Positions 23,867 to 35,674 of a stretch of 64,000 bases of DNA are shown here, piece after piece. How positions within the stretch are numbered: position 1 is the stretch's first letter; the number at the start of each line of letters is the position of its first letter. The notes beneath the pieces are model-generated. The model saw only the letters and a list, made by a program, of their open reading frames with translations. It did not search any database and had not been told where the DNA came from. Origin of the DNA: Syntrophorhabdaceae bacterium (GTDB taxonomy: Bacteria > Desulfobacterota > Syntrophorhabdia > Syntrophorhabdales > Syntrophorhabdaceae); NCBI GenBank assembly GCA_963665295.1, contig OY762209.1, forward strand, positions 4,768,001 to 4,832,000. The letters run 5' to 3'. The position numbers and the translations under genes are program-made.

Positions 23867-25171
23867 CTAGCTGGGCATGAGTACGCCGGGAAGCCATGTA
23901 GCAAGCTGCGGGAATATGAAGAGCACTATGCCGCCCACCACAAGACTTATGAGGAACGGATATACACCGGCATAGATTACACTGAAGGGCGTCTTTGTGA
24001 TCTGCTTCACCACAAAGACGTTGATAGCCACCGGAGGGACCACCACGCCGATCATAACGGTAATACCGATCATCATCCCGAACCAGAGCGGGTTGTAGCC
24101 GAGCTTCTGGATGGCAGGGAAGAATATCGGGGTCGCAAGGATCATGAAAGCAAGGTCATCGATAAAAGACCCGCCCACAAGATAGATAAGGGAGATGAAG
24201 ATGAGGATTATCGACGGATGGAGAGGAAGACTTGTAATCCAGTCCGCCGCGATCATCGGTATCTTCGTAACTGCGATGAAGTGACCGAGAACCGTCGAAC
24301 CGGCAATGAGCATGAGAACCATACACGCCGTCCGGACCGACTCCATCACGGATTTGATATACCCCTTGAAGTTGAGGTCTCTTTTGCCGAATGTCAACAG
24401 GAGCACGAGAAACGTACCGACGCTGCCTGCCTCGGTAGGCGTGAAGAAGCCTTTAAGGATACCGCCGATTACGAGGATGAAGATGAGAACAACCCACCCT
24501 ATCTCGGGGATCGATTTAGCCCTCTCACCCCAGGTCGATTTCGGGCCCTTCGGACCGATCTTGGGGCTCATTTTACACCAGCCGTAGATGATGCATACAA
24601 AGAAACAGGCGATCATAAGGCCGGGGAAAATACCGGCAAGGAAAAGTCTTCCAATCGACTGGTCGGTGATAATGCCGAATATGATGAGGGTCACGCTGGG
24701 AGGCAGAAGAACGCCCAGAGTTCCCACGCTCGACACGATACCCGTCGAAAGCCTCTTATCATAGCCATAGCGATCCATTTCAGGTACTGCAACACTCGCG
24801 AAGGTAGCCGCCGTAGCAGGAGACGAACCGCAGATAGACTTGAATGCCGTCGCTCCCGCCACTGTTGCCATGGCAAGGCCGCCGGGGATATGTCCGATAA
24901 ATTTATAGGCCGCATCGAAGAGCCTCTTCGCGATGCCCGAGTTAAAAGCAACCTGACCCATCAAAATAAAGAGAGGAATGACGGTAAATCCATACGTGTT
25001 GAGAACGTCAAAAAAATCCTTTGCGAGCAGGTTAAAAGCGGCCCCCCACGAGATGAGGTAGCCGAAACCGAGAAAACCTATGACTATCATGGCAAACGCC
25101 AATTCTATTCCTGTAAGGAACAAGACTAATACGACTGCCAAACCTATTATGCCGACGACGACCTCATTCAT
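23867..25171 (-). CDS. dctM: TRAP transporter large permease DctM
   Basis: IPLFILMG, GGLAMA, CGSS.ATAA, GTLG.LLPPS, F.TPTEAG and PPVA.NVFV motifs; highly hydrophobic. Confidence 0.92.
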   Translation of the reverse strand: MNEVVVGIIGLAVVLVLFLTGIELAFAMIVIGFLGFGYLISWGAAFNLLAKDFFDVLNTYGFTVIPLFILMGQVAFNSGIAKRLFDAAYKFIGHIPGGLAMATVAGATAFKSICGSSPATAATFASVAVPEMDRYGYDKRLSTGIVSSVGTLGVLLPPSVTLIIFGIITDQSIGRLFLAGIFPGLMIACFFVCIIYGWCKMSPKIGPKGPKSTWGERAKSIPEIGWVVLIFILVIGGILKGFFTPTEAGSVGTFLVLLLTFGKRDLNFKGYIKSVMESVRTACMVLMLIAGSTVLGHFIAVTKIPMIAADWITSLPLHPSIILIFISLIYLVGGSFIDDLAFMILATPIFFPAIQKLGYNPLWFGMMIGITVMIGVVVPPVAINVFVVKQITKTPFSVIYAGVYPFLISLVVGGIVLFIFPQLATWLPGVLMPS

Positions 25172-25646
25172 ATTTGCCTCCGATTATCTTGAAAATATCA
25201 CAGATCAGGACAACACACTGGACGAAACAGCAAACCCCCAGCCCATACGCGATGGGATAAAAGGGAAGCTGACGGGTAAGGGTGACCTCGCCCGACTTGA
25301 AGAGTTCAAAAGCCACTCTAAAAAGGTTCCATCCTATGAGAAAGAAGAGCACTATACCTAATATTCTCGTGACGGTATTCAAGATATTCTGGACCGGCTT
25401 CGGGCATTTCTGATAGAAAAAATCAACGAAGATATGACCTCTCATCCATGAGGTAATGGGGATAGCGAACCCGATAACTATCGCCCCGCCGAGACCGACC
25501 ATCTCAAAAGTGCCGACTATGGGCATCCCGAAAAGCCTCAGAACAACGTCAGACACGGTGAGAAGCATAATGAAGGTCAGGGCCACGCAAGCAACTGCTT
25601 GCATCCACTTACTTACTCTTTCGACAACACTGAATACTCCTTCCAT
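25164..25646 (-). CDS. dctQ: TRAP transporter small permease DctQ
   Basis: Four TM segments with DVVLR and GHIFVD motifs. GGGGG RBS before the ATG at 25646; overlaps the dctM start. Confidence 0.88.
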   Translation of the reverse strand: MEGVFSVVERVSKWMQAVACVALTFIMLLTVSDVVLRLFGMPIVGTFEMVGLGGAIVIGFAIPITSWMRGHIFVDFFYQKCPKPVQNILNTVTRILGIVLFFLIGWNLFRVAFELFKSGEVTLTRQLPFYPIAYGLGVCCFVQCVVLICDIFKIIGGKYE

Positions 25647-26498
25647 AAAACCCCCTATTGCAATGAACTGCCCGCCGCTCACAAGCCGCGGGTTACCACA
25701 TTTTGCGCTTATGCAGACTTCGTGATGCGCGTCGCGAATCAACGGTGTTTCCGTGTGCGATCCTGTGTGACTCTTGCTCCCCCCCTTTTTCCGATCTTCT
25801 CTCACTCAAGCAATATCTGTTTGTCCATAGGCATCCTCCTTGGCGTAAATTATTGAGCATCTTTCGTCACCGGGCAAAACCGACCAAATGCCGGCGCCAT
25901 GCTCTTTTTAGTCAGACGGTTGCTGCACATTTCCCCGGGCACGCAGCATGAAGCCGAGGCAACGTCAGGGCTGCACCACCCGACGTGCTTTCCTTCTCGC
26001 GTATGCAAAGGCGCAACGGAACTTTGCGCGATTCCTCTGAGCCCAACAAACCCGGCCTGTCTTCTCAGCTAACTTGTATTACTTTACATAAAATATTTCC
26101 ATGGTTACGTGGGATTTGTCAAGTGAATAAGTACACGAGGCCTTCAGGAAAGCCCCGGCCTTCCTGCCATCTCGGCCGTATGCCCTGCGTGCTCAATGTT
26201 TTTCCCCATGACCTCCCGTCGGCTGAAATTTTGTACGACGGCCCGGATTCTCCTCCGGGGTCCGTTCCATTCCCGGGTCGTTGAGGGTCGGCGGGGAGCG
26301 GGAAGGATGCCTGCCTTCCATTCCCTTGCCGACCCGACTACAGGCTACCAAAGAAGTCGGGAATGTGGTATATTGTGACGCCAAGTTGCCTTCATTTCTA
26401 TGGTTTCGCCGGTCCGCAGAGACGCCCCTCCGGGCCTTCCGCCAATCCCGGATGAATCGTTACGGCTATGGCTCATTTATTGAAAAGGAGAAGAACTC

Positions 26499-27362
26499 AT
26501 GACGGCTGAACAATGGTTTGAAAAAGGGTCCATACTCTACGGATCGGCGCGATATAAGGAAGCGATAGAGGCGTTCACTTCCGCCATCGACCTGGACACT
26601 ACCAAGGCGGTGTCATTCTATAACAGGGCTAACTGTTACGCCGCCATGCGCGATTACCCGGAGGCGGTCAAGGACTACGACAAGGCCCTCGCTCTCGACC
26701 CGGAAGACAGCGAGACCTATCTCAACCGCGGCGTCGCCCTCTACTGCGTCGGAGAAGTAGACAAGGCAATCGATGATTGTACCAGATCCATTGAATTGAA
26801 TCCGGGCGAGGCGAAGGCCTACGTGATCCGGGGAGACGCACTGGGTCTGCTCGGAAAACCCGAAGAGGCCGTAAAGGACTTCAGCAAGGCCATCGAACTG
26901 GCGCCCCGCGATGTCGGGGTTTATTATAACCGTGCTCTCACCTACTTTACCCTCGGCCGTCTTCCCGAGGCGATCCAGGATTACACGAGCGCCATCAACA
27001 TTGACCAGAAATTCGCGCGGGCATACTATAACAGGGGTATCGCATGCAGCCGGGCGGGCGACTACGAGCAGGCCATGAGCGACTACACCACGGGAATAGC
27101 CCTGGGACTCAAACATCCCCAGGCATACTGCGTGCGGGGAGCGCTCAGCGCAAAAATGGGAAACCTCGAAGGCGCCATGGCAGATTTCAACAAGGCAATC
27201 GAAATGGACCCGGAATTCGCGCTTGCCTACTTCTACCTCGGCAACGGATACCTCCAGATGGGAGACGAGGCACGGGCAGTGGAAAACCTGGAAATAGCCG
27301 CTGAAATGGGATTTGACAAGGCACACGAGGTCCTGGAGAAACTCGCGGCACGCAGGAGATAA
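26499..27362 (+). CDS. Tetratricopeptide repeat protein
   Basis: About 8 tandem 34-aa repeats (AYYNRG...EAI.DY.KAIELDP). AAGGAG RBS. Confidence 0.92.
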   Translation: MTAEQWFEKGSILYGSARYKEAIEAFTSAIDLDTTKAVSFYNRANCYAAMRDYPEAVKDYDKALALDPEDSETYLNRGVALYCVGEVDKAIDDCTRSIELNPGEAKAYVIRGDALGLLGKPEEAVKDFSKAIELAPRDVGVYYNRALTYFTLGRLPEAIQDYTSAINIDQKFARAYYNRGIACSRAGDYEQAMSDYTTGIALGLKHPQAYCVRGALSAKMGNLEGAMADFNKAIEMDPEFALAYFYLGNGYLQMGDEARAVENLEIAAEMGFDKAHEVLEKLAARRR

Positions 27363-27384
27363 GCCGTCGGACCGGAACCGGACC

Positions 27385-28011
27385 CTACCGAAGAAGCTGC
27401 CTCAATCGGTCCATATCTTCCCACGCCTCTTTGACACGATCGCTGTTGCGAAGGAGGAAGGAAGGATGATAGGTAGGCAGAAGTAAAATCCCCTTGTACC
27501 TGACAGGGACGCCCCGTATCCGGGTTATACGTTCGTCCGTGTCGAAAAGGGCGTTGTACGCATGCCGTCCGAGAGTACAAATGACACGGGGGTTGATGAT
27601 TTCCAGCTGAGCGGTCAGGTATTCCTTGCACGCCGCCGTTTCCGCGGGCTCGGGGTCTCTATTTCCCGGGGGTCTGCATTTCAGGACATTGCATATATAC
27701 ACCTCGTCCCGTCGCAAGCCCGCCCTCTCTATCAATTGATCGAGAAGTTGGCCGGCCCTGCCCACAAACGGTCTCCCCTGAGAGTCTTCCTCCTCACCCG
27801 GGGCCTCCCCCACGAAGACGAGGCGCGCATTCGGGTCGCCTTCGCCGAAGACCACGTGCTTTCGGGTGTTTGCAAGGACGCACCTTACACATTCCCTTGC
27901 CTGCCGCTGGACCACGGACAACGTGGCGACATGAGCCCTGTTGAAGACATAGGAATTGACACCCATGCCTTTCAAAGCGATCAGGAAACGCCGTGCTTCC
28001 CGCCTGTCCAT
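27385..28011 (-). CDS. Uracil-DNA glycosylase family 4
   Basis: CVRC, VGEAPG.EED..GRPFVG, NVLKCRPP and TYHPS motifs. Confidence 0.93.
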   Translation of the reverse strand: MDRREARRFLIALKGMGVNSYVFNRAHVATLSVVQRQARECVRCVLANTRKHVVFGEGDPNARLVFVGEAPGEEEDSQGRPFVGRAGQLLDQLIERAGLRRDEVYICNVLKCRPPGNRDPEPAETAACKEYLTAQLEIINPRVICTLGRHAYNALFDTDERITRIRGVPVRYKGILLLPTYHPSFLLRNSDRVKEAWEDMDRLRQLLR

Positions 28012-29474
28012 CAGCCTCTGAATCTATCCGGTATTGTCTTCACCTTCCTCAGGCTCTCGAGAACAAACGCTGCCTGAAGCATGCGGGCTTCATCAAGAGG
28101 CTTCCCTATGATCTGGAGACCGATGGGAAGTCCCGCCCGGTCAAACCCGCAGGGCACCGACATACCGGGCAGCCCCGCGAGGTTAACGGGGATGGTGAAT
28201 ATGTCGGAAAGATACATCTGGAGCGGGTCTTCTACTTTTTCTCCTATTTTGAAGGCCGTGGTGGGGGAAACGGGGGTCATGACGACATCGCACTCCTTGA
28301 AGGCCTCCTCAAAATCCCTCCTGATAAGGGTCCTCACCTTTCCCGCCTTTCCGTAATAGGCATCATAGTACCCTGACGAGAGCACATAGGTACCGAGGAT
28401 AATCCTCCTCTTCACTTCCTTGCCGAACCCCCTCATCCTCGTCTTCTTGTACATATCGATAATGTCTTTGCCCTCTACCCTCATGCCGTACTTCACCCCG
28501 TCATAGCGGGCAAGGTTGGAGGATGCCTCGGCAGTACAGATGATATAGTACGTGGCTACCGCATACTCCGTGTGGGGCAGGGTTATGTTCACCAGGATGG
28601 CTCCCTGTTTTTCGAGCAACCCCAGGGATTCCTCCACCGATGCCTTTACGTCCGGTTCCATACCCTCGATAAAGTATTCCCCGGGTATTCCGATCTTCAT
28701 CCCCTTGATGTCCCTGCCGAGAAAGGAGACGTAATCAGGCACGGGCTGAGGAATGGAGGTGGAGTCCAGGGGGTCGTATCCCGCGATGGCCCCCAGGACG
28801 ACCGCACAATCGGTCACATTCCTTGTGATGGGACCGATCTGGTCAAGAGACGACGCGAAGGCGACCAGGCCATATCTCGATACCCTGCCGTAAGTCGGCT
28901 TCATGCCCACCGTGCCGCAGAGGGAGGCCGGCTGCCTGATGGAGCCCCCCGTATCGGTTCCGAGACTGGCTACGCAGAGCCCTGCGGCTACCGCGGCCGC
29001 CGAACCGCCGCTCGACCCTCCGGGAATACGGTCGAGGTCCCACGGATTTCTCGTGGTCTGAAAGGAAGAGTTCTCCGTGGACGAGCCCATGGCAAACTCG
29101 TCCATGTTGAGCCTTCCGAGATGCACAAAATGAGATTCCTTCAGCTTTCTGATCACAGTGGCGTCGTAGGGGGCGATAAAGCCCTTCAATATCTGGGACC
29201 CGCATGTGGTTTCGAGGTCCTTCGCGCAGAAAATGTCCTTTATGCCCAAGGGGATCCCGAGAAGAGGGGCATCTTCTCCGTTCTTGATCTTCCGGTCAGC
29301 TTCCCCGGCCATATCCATGGCAATCTCCTCCGTCATCCGGAGGTATGACCGGACCGCTCCGTCATGTTCCTTCGCCCTGTCGAGATAAAACCCGGTGAGC
29401 TCCCGGGAGGTTATCTCACCCTTCTTCAGAAGCTCTCTCATTTCCAGTATGTTCATATCAAGGATTGTTTTCAC
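28011..29474 (-). CDS. gatA: Asp/Glu-tRNA amidotransferase subunit A
   Basis: [32 protein letters not shown] and [11 protein letters not shown] motifs. Confidence 0.97.
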   Translation of the reverse strand: MKTILDMNILEMRELLKKGEITSRELTGFYLDRAKEHDGAVRSYLRMTEEIAMDMAGEADRKIKNGEDAPLLGIPLGIKDIFCAKDLETTCGSQILKGFIAPYDATVIRKLKESHFVHLGRLNMDEFAMGSSTENSSFQTTRNPWDLDRIPGGSSGGSAAAVAAGLCVASLGTDTGGSIRQPASLCGTVGMKPTYGRVSRYGLVAFASSLDQIGPITRNVTDCAVVLGAIAGYDPLDSTSIPQPVPDYVSFLGRDIKGMKIGIPGEYFIEGMEPDVKASVEESLGLLEKQGAILVNITLPHTEYAVATYYIICTAEASSNLARYDGVKYGMRVEGKDIIDMYKKTRMRGFGKEVKRRIILGTYVLSSGYYDAYYGKAGKVRTLIRRDFEEAFKECDVVMTPVSPTTAFKIGEKVEDPLQMYLSDIFTIPVNLAGLPGMSVPCGFDRAGLPIGLQIIGKPLDEARMLQAAFVLESLRKVKTIPDRFRG

Positions 29475-29601
29475 ATTATCTCCTTTCAGAAAAACAGCCG
29501 TTCCTCGCTGTCCTGATTCTCTCCGTCATCGTTCTCCGCCAACGATCGTGACCCATCCGGCCCGCGCTCCCGTCAATCGCGGCGATTCGGTCGCAATTGC
29601 C

Positions 29602-29895
29602 TTAATCGACCTCGATCACAGGGGGAACCTTGAAAAAATTGCCTTTCCGGTCAGGGGCGTTTCTCACCGAGCCTTCGACGCTCAAAGACTCCCTTCCCGC
29701 GTCTTCCCTCAAAACACAGGTGACGGGTACGGCATGGCTCGTCGGTTCAATCCCGTCGGTATTGAGGGCGTTCAGTGTATCCATATGCTGGAGTATCCGG
29801 TCCAGTTGAGATGTATAAAGCTCGATCTCGTGGGGCTCGAGTTCGAGTCTGCCCAGATGGGCCACATATTCTACCACGTTCTTATTGATCTTCAT
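29602..29895 (-). CDS. gatC: Asp/Glu-tRNA amidotransferase subunit C
   Basis: VAHLGRL, EPTSH, LRED and NAP...FFKVPPVI motifs. Confidence 0.93.
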   Translation of the reverse strand: MKINKNVVEYVAHLGRLELEPHEIELYTSQLDRILQHMDTLNALNTDGIEPTSHAVPVTCVLREDAGRESLSVEGSVRNAPDRKGNFFKVPPVIEVD

Positions 29896-29922
29896 TTCCG
29901 CTTCTCCTTCAGCGCCGGGCCT

Positions 29923-30294
29923 TTAGCCGCACTCCGCGACCGCTTTAATTATGTCCCCTCTGGTCACAATGCCCACAAGGTTATCATTCTCCATAATCGG
30001 TATCCGGTTCACTCCTTTTTCTATCATAACCCTCGCTATATTTACCACAGATTCCGTCGGAAGCGCGGCAATCACGTCCGTAACCATTACGTCCCTTACG
30101 GTGAGTTCCTGCATCTCTCCTAACTTCAATCCCCTCAAAACGTCGCTCTGGCAAATGATACCCACAAGCTTCCCTTTGTCTACCACCGGCATGCCCGCGA
30201 TGTTGAAGAGTTCAAATTTATTGACAATAACGGCTAGTGTCTCAGAAGCGTGGCATGTCACCACGTTTCTGTTCATAAGTTCTACGACCTTCAT
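29923..30294 (-). CDS. Stand-alone CBS-pair protein
   Basis: Two CBS repeats (GMPVVD..LVGII; RIPIME..LVGIVT.GD). Confidence 0.88.
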   Translation of the reverse strand: MKVVELMNRNVVTCHASETLAVIVNKFELFNIAGMPVVDKGKLVGIICQSDVLRGLKLGEMQELTVRDVMVTDVIAALPTESVVNIARVMIEKGVNRIPIMENDNLVGIVTRGDIIKAVAECG

Positions 30295-30303
30295 GGATAC
30301 CCC

Positions 30304-31617
30304 CTAGACAGCCTGTCCGAAAAGCAGAACGGACTGTATGTATTTTTGTAAGGCCTCCACCGCTCTCATAGCTTTCCTCAGTCTTTCCTGTTCCTGGGGG
30401 CCGAGCATGTCGGGCCTTAAATAACTCAGGTCCATATGGTTTTCCACGTCCTTGCTGTTCATCTGGTTCATTATCCGGAATTTGACAAAAACGAGATAGG
30501 CTTCCGTCAAATCGGTTTCCATCTCCCTCTTTATGACGTTCATGGCCCGGAGTTCCCGTATGCGCCTCAGCGTATTGGGTTCAAGGACGCCGTTCGACAG
30601 GGCGAGCATCCTCACCGCGAGAATAAGGGGCGCCCATCCATGCAGCTTGAGGTTGAGCATATCTTTATGGACACCGTTCTTTTCGACCTTGAAGTTTCCG
30701 AAAAAACTGAGCGCCGTAGGCATGAGGACCGCCGCCTGGATGAAATCCTTCATTACGTTCTTATTCTCTGTGAGAAACCGGAAAAATCCCGTGAGAAGCT
30801 CGTCGAGCATCTTCCGGTCGCCTGCCACACACCGGGCATCAGTGAGGATCACCACATCCAGGGGCTCGAAAATGCCCCTCTCAAAGGTAAGCCTCTCTTC
30901 CAACCTCTCCTTCCAGTCTGTAAGGGAACCCCTCCATTTCTGGTTGGAGGGCATCACGTTTCCCGTACACTTCGGAAATCCCACTTCATCGAGACGTTCC
31001 ACGACCTTTTCCGAAAAAATCTTGAAATAATATTCGATTACGTGTTTCGACGAGATCTTTTCAAATCCGTCCTCGACGCCCTTGCCTTTGTAATGTTCAT
31101 AACACTGGTCCACAAGATATTCGGTGAACGAACCCTTTCCCTCCCCCTCCCCGAAAATGATCATGTTGTCCTGGTCCGTAACCATCGTCTGCTCGTCTCT
31201 GCCCTCGCTCCCCAACCCGATCCACACATACCCGACCGGGGGATAGCCGAAGGCGTCCCGCTCCATTTCCTCCTCTACAAGCCTGAGGACCCTGACGGTT
31301 ATACTGTCTCTCGCGGTACGGAGCAGGTCGTGGACATCGACAGTGCTGTCTTCTTCGAGGAAGTAGGCTTCCACGTCCGCTCTGACCTTATCATGCAGGT
31401 CATGCAATTCACCAAAATCAGCAGCTTTCTCTATTTCGCCCTTCACGAGGGACGTAAATGCCGCCTCAAACGCCTCGTATTGCCCGAAGGAATCCGAAAG
31501 CCGGTCAAAAAGTCCGCCAAGGATCCTGCGCCTCTCATGACGAAGGAGTGCCCTGTTTTTCATGGCCTCGCTGTTCTCTTTGAGAAACGAGTCTATGATG
31601 GCGAAATCAAGAGGCAT
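30304..31617 (-). CDS. DUF294 putative nucleotidyltransferase with DUF294_C domain
   Basis: LGSEGRDEQT..TDQDN nucleotidyltransferase motif, GFPKC.GNVM.SN..W, NLKLHG.AP and NTL.RI motifs. Confidence 0.85.
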   Translation of the reverse strand: MPLDFAIIDSFLKENSEAMKNRALLRHERRRILGGLFDRLSDSFGQYEAFEAAFTSLVKGEIEKAADFGELHDLHDKVRADVEAYFLEEDSTVDVHDLLRTARDSITVRVLRLVEEEMERDAFGYPPVGYVWIGLGSEGRDEQTMVTDQDNMIIFGEGEGKGSFTEYLVDQCYEHYKGKGVEDGFEKISSKHVIEYYFKIFSEKVVERLDEVGFPKCTGNVMPSNQKWRGSLTDWKERLEERLTFERGIFEPLDVVILTDARCVAGDRKMLDELLTGFFRFLTENKNVMKDFIQAAVLMPTALSFFGNFKVEKNGVHKDMLNLKLHGWAPLILAVRMLALSNGVLEPNTLRRIRELRAMNVIKREMETDLTEAYLVFVKFRIMNQMNSKDVENHMDLSYLRPDMLGPQEQERLRKAMRAVEALQKYIQSVLLFGQAV

Positions 31618-34259
31618 TAATCTTCTGCCAACCCTTCCAGCACCTTCTTGCTCACCATAAGTTTTTCCTTTTTGGCCTCAAGGCTCCGGTACTGAATCTC
31701 ATTCTTCGCGATTACCTCCTCGGGCGCTTTTGCCCTGAAGGCCTGGTTATTCAGCTTGTTCTGTATCTTCTGCATATCGTCTTCGGCCTTTGCCAGTTCT
31801 TTTCCGATCCTGGCCAGTTCCTTGGAAACATCGATCACCCCTTTCAGGGGTACAAATACCTCGACTCCTTTGTAGATGCCGATGGCTGCCTGACCAGGCT
31901 GGTCGGCGTCGGTGAAGCTCAGGTTTTCGATCTTTGCAAGCTCCTTTACGTAATACCCGTATTCTTCAAACAAGGGCCTGAACTCGTGGGCCTTTATTAT
32001 GGCGGACACCTTCACGTGAGGAGGAATGCCTGTTTCGCCTCTGATGTTCCTCACCGTATCGACCACACCCATTATCATGTCCATTGCGCTTTCGCTCTCT
32101 TCATCCACTTCCCCTTCATCAAAGACGGGAAAGGGCGCGATCATGATACTCTCTGCTTCCCTTGCGGGGAGCCGCCCATACAGTTCTTCGGTGATGAAAG
32201 GCGTGATGGGATGGAGCAGCTTCAATATATCCGTAAGTGTGCGGAAAAGGGTATTTTTCGTCACGTCGCCGTCAAAGGAGGTAACCTTTCCGTAGAGGTT
32301 GGGCTTGATCAGTTCGAGGTACCAGTCGCAGAATTCGTGCCACACAAAAGTGTAGAGCCCCGTCGCGGCATCGTTGAACCGGTACGTGTCGATACTCGAC
32401 GTCACTTCCCGTATCACCTTTTGCGCCCGCGAGCGTATCCAGCGGTCGGGCAGGTAGCTCGACCTTACCTTGGCCGCATAAGGTGCAGGTTCCATGCCTT
32501 CCATGAACGTGAAGGCAAGTTTCGAGGCGTTCCAGACCTTGTTCACGAAGTTTCTTGCCCCTTCCACTCTCTCCTCGGAAAGGAGGATATCCCTCCCCTG
32601 GGCGGCGAGCATGGTCAGGGAGAACCTGAAGGCATCGGTGCCGAACTCGTCGATCATAACGAGGGGATCGATTACATTCCCCTTGGATTTGCTCATTTTC
32701 TTGCCTTCCGCGTCCCTCACGAGGGCGTGGATGTATACCTCGCTGAAGGGCACATCGTCCATGAAGCGGATGCCCATCATGATCATCCTTGCCACCCAGA
32801 AAAAGAGGATGTCAAAGCCCGTGACGAGAAGGGACGTAGGGTAGAATGTCTTGAGGTCGTCCGTTTTTTCAGGCCATCCCAGGGTCGTGAAGGGCCAGAG
32901 ACCGGAGGAAAACCACGTATCGAGCACGTCGGATTCCTGGCGAAGCTCTCCCTTACACTCCTCGCAGACGGTGAGATCCTCCACGGAGACATACATTTTG
33001 TTGCACTTGTCGCAGTACCAGACCGGTATCCTGTGGCCCCACCAGATCTGTCTGGAGACACACCAGTCCCTGATGTTCTCCATCCATTCAAAATAGACCT
33101 TCTCCCAGTTTTCCGGGATGATCCTCACTTTGTGTGATCGTACCGCTTCGATCGCCGGCTCGGCGAGGGGTTTCATTTTGAGGAACCACTGAAGCGACAG
33201 GGTGGGTTCCACCACCGTCTTGCAGCGGTAGCACTTGCCCACACCCAGATTGTAAGGTTCCGTTTTTTCAAGGAGACCCTTCTCATCCAGTTCCTCGACG
33301 ATCTTCTGCCTGCATTCGAACCTGTCCATGCCCTGGTAGTGGAGGGCGGCCTCGTTCATCAGGCCCTTCTCGTCAATCACCTTTACCACCTCGAGGTTGC
33401 ACCTTCTCCCTATCTCGAAGTCGTTGAGGTCGTGGGCGGGGGTCACTTTCAACACCCCTGTGCCGAAGGCGGTATCGACATACGTGTCGCCGATGACGGG
33501 AATCTTCCTGCCCACGATGGGTACCGTCACATATTGTCCCACATATTTTCCGTACCGCTCGTCGTTGGGATTGACGGCCACCGCCGTATCCCCGAGCATG
33601 GTTTCCGGTCTCGTGGTGGCGACAGTAAGGGTTCCGGTGCCGTCCGCGAGCGGGTATCTTATGTAATAGAGAAAGCCCTTCGTCTCCTCATGCTCCGCTT
33701 CGAGGTCGGAGAGCGCGGTTTCGCAACGGGGACACCAATTGATGATATAATCCCCCCGGTAAATGAGTCCCTCGTTAAAGAGCCTCACGAAGACTTCACG
33801 GACCGCCCTGGAAAGGCCCGCGTCCATAGTGAAGCGTTCCCTCGACCAGTCACAGGAGGCGCCAAGCCGTTTCAACTGCTCGATAATGGTGCCGCCCGAC
33901 TGCTTCTTCCATTCCCAGACCCTCTCGATGAACTTCTCCCTGCCGAGCATATCGCGGGTCATGCCTTCTTTCGCAAGTTCCCTTTCCACTACATTCTGGG
34001 TCGCTATACCCGCATGGTCCATCCCGGGCACCCAGAGGGCGTTGAAACCCGCCATCCTTTTGAACCGCGTAACGATATCCTGCAGCGTGTTATTCAGAGC
34101 ATGGCCCATGTGAAGCGAACCGGTTACATTCGGTGGGGGTATTACCATCGAAAACGGCGGCTTTGAAGAGACGCCTTCCGCCTTGAAATAGCCTTTTTTC
34201 GTCCATACATCGTACCATTCCTGCTCAATTTTGTGCGGGTCGTATACCTTTTCCATCAT
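31617..34259 (-). CDS. valS: Valyl-tRNA synthetase
   Basis: [39 protein letters not shown] and KMSKS motifs; C-terminal coiled coil. AGGAG RBS. Confidence 0.98.
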   Translation of the reverse strand: MMEKVYDPHKIEQEWYDVWTKKGYFKAEGVSSKPPFSMVIPPPNVTGSLHMGHALNNTLQDIVTRFKRMAGFNALWVPGMDHAGIATQNVVERELAKEGMTRDMLGREKFIERVWEWKKQSGGTIIEQLKRLGASCDWSRERFTMDAGLSRAVREVFVRLFNEGLIYRGDYIINWCPRCETALSDLEAEHEETKGFLYYIRYPLADGTGTLTVATTRPETMLGDTAVAVNPNDERYGKYVGQYVTVPIVGRKIPVIGDTYVDTAFGTGVLKVTPAHDLNDFEIGRRCNLEVVKVIDEKGLMNEAALHYQGMDRFECRQKIVEELDEKGLLEKTEPYNLGVGKCYRCKTVVEPTLSLQWFLKMKPLAEPAIEAVRSHKVRIIPENWEKVYFEWMENIRDWCVSRQIWWGHRIPVWYCDKCNKMYVSVEDLTVCEECKGELRQESDVLDTWFSSGLWPFTTLGWPEKTDDLKTFYPTSLLVTGFDILFFWVARMIMMGIRFMDDVPFSEVYIHALVRDAEGKKMSKSKGNVIDPLVMIDEFGTDAFRFSLTMLAAQGRDILLSEERVEGARNFVNKVWNASKLAFTFMEGMEPAPYAAKVRSSYLPDRWIRSRAQKVIREVTSSIDTYRFNDAATGLYTFVWHEFCDWYLELIKPNLYGKVTSFDGDVTKNTLFRTLTDILKLLHPITPFITEELYGRLPAREAESIMIAPFPVFDEGEVDEESESAMDMIMGVVDTVRNIRGETGIPPHVKVSAIIKAHEFRPLFEEYGYYVKELAKIENLSFTDADQPGQAAIGIYKGVEVFVPLKGVIDVSKELARIGKELAKAEDDMQKIQNKLNNQAFRAKAPEEVIAKNEIQYRSLEAKKEKLMVSKKVLEGLAED

Positions 34260-34296
34260 ATCCTGAACTCCTCTCGATTTATATGCCGCTCTGCCG

Positions 34297-35340
34297 TTAT
34301 ATGGGGATCTTCCACGGCATGGGAAGAAATATCTTCTCAAAAAGATTAAATGCGTACCGGTCGGTCATGCTCGCCACAAAATCACACACGCACACTTCCG
34401 GGTCATCGTAATAATCCATCCGCCCTATCTCTTTAAGGAAGACATCGGGATTCCCCAGGAAATAGAAGTAGAGTTCATTCACGATCTTCGTGCACTTGAT
34501 GAAGTCCCCATGCACCACGCTATTGTCATAGACCTTCTCATAGAGAAAATCCCTTAGTTTCTTTATGTAGCGGTCAAAGTCGCCGCTGATCCTGAGATCA
34601 AGGCCGGGACCTTTCATTGTCTCCGTCAATACGCCCCGCACCATGGTGTCGATCCTGTCCGAACTGCTGTGACCGAGATATTCGGCACAATCTCCGGGCA
34701 GATCGGCTTCTGTGATGATGCCGCCTCTCGTTGCGTCATCGATATCATGGTTGATGTAACCGATGATATCGGCGAGCCTTACCACTTCCGCCTCTTTCGT
34801 CAGGGGCTTATCACAGTCGTCCTTACAGACGATCTCTCCCTTCCCCTTGGAATGTTTTACAATCCCGTCCCTCACCTCCATGGTGAGATTCAGTCCCGCG
34901 CCGTCCTTCTCAAGGATGTCCACCACACGAAGGCTCTGTTCGAAGTGGTGAAACCCTCCTGCGTGGATTTTGTTCAGGGCTGCCTCTCCCGCATGGCCGA
35001 AGGGCGTGTGCCCCAGGTCATGACCGAGCGCTATGGCCTCCACGAGGTCTTCATTAAGAGAAAGGGCCTTTGCAATAGTCCTCGCAATCTGAGACACCTC
35101 AAGGGTGTGGGTAAGCCTCGTCCGGTAATGGTCGCTCGCGGGAGAAAGAAATACCTGGGTCTTGTGCTTCAGCCTCCTGAACGCCTTGCTATGGGTAATC
35201 CGGTCTCTGTCGTGCTGGAAGGCCGGTCTTATATCGCATTCCCGCTCGTCTTTAAGCCTCCCCCTTGACCGGCTGCTCCTTTGGGCAAAGGGAGACAGTA
35301 TCAATTCCTCTCTTTTCTCCAGCCTCTCTCTGATGTCCAT
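34297..35340 (-). CDS. dgt: dGTP triphosphohydrolase-like HD protein
   Basis: [21 protein letters not shown] and [14 protein letters not shown] motifs. Confidence 0.92.
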   Translation of the reverse strand: MDIRERLEKREELILSPFAQRSSRSRGRLKDERECDIRPAFQHDRDRITHSKAFRRLKHKTQVFLSPASDHYRTRLTHTLEVSQIARTIAKALSLNEDLVEAIALGHDLGHTPFGHAGEAALNKIHAGGFHHFEQSLRVVDILEKDGAGLNLTMEVRDGIVKHSKGKGEIVCKDDCDKPLTKEAEVVRLADIIGYINHDIDDATRGGIITEADLPGDCAEYLGHSSSDRIDTMVRGVLTETMKGPGLDLRISGDFDRYIKKLRDFLYEKVYDNSVVHGDFIKCTKIVNELYFYFLGNPDVFLKEIGRMDYYDDPEVCVCDFVASMTDRYAFNLFEKIFLPMPWKIPI

Positions 35341-35674
35341 TTTACAATCCAGGTACAGAAACCGTGAATGCGAAAAAGACCCATCCAAGTTTAAGCGTAA
35401 TCTATCATAATGATACGGTTCTTTCAACTTACTTGTGCACATGGTTGAGTTCCGCGGGGGAAGATTTTCCTCACTTCCGGGCTTGCGGGACTATCCGGGA
35501 TTACCGGGAAGCACCTTTAATATACGGGTAAACCGTTAGTTCTCTCCTGCCGGGCAGCTCCCGCTGGAGATCGGGAGAGCCGGGCGCTGCTCCTAAATGA
35601 GGACCCCTGTGGACATGACCCGCGACTGGCTCTATATTAGGTAAAAAGACGAAGCTGATCAAGGAGGTGTTGAA

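Noticed and set aside
23837..25129. 430-aa plus-strand His/Arg-rich ORF
   Set aside because: Antisense to dctM; its composition mirrors hydrophobic codons on the other strand.
25802..25828. Selenocysteine read-through of the TGA in MDKQILLE*
   Set aside because: No convincing SECIS-like hairpin directly downstream, and the read-through frame closes after about 20 codons without a redox motif.
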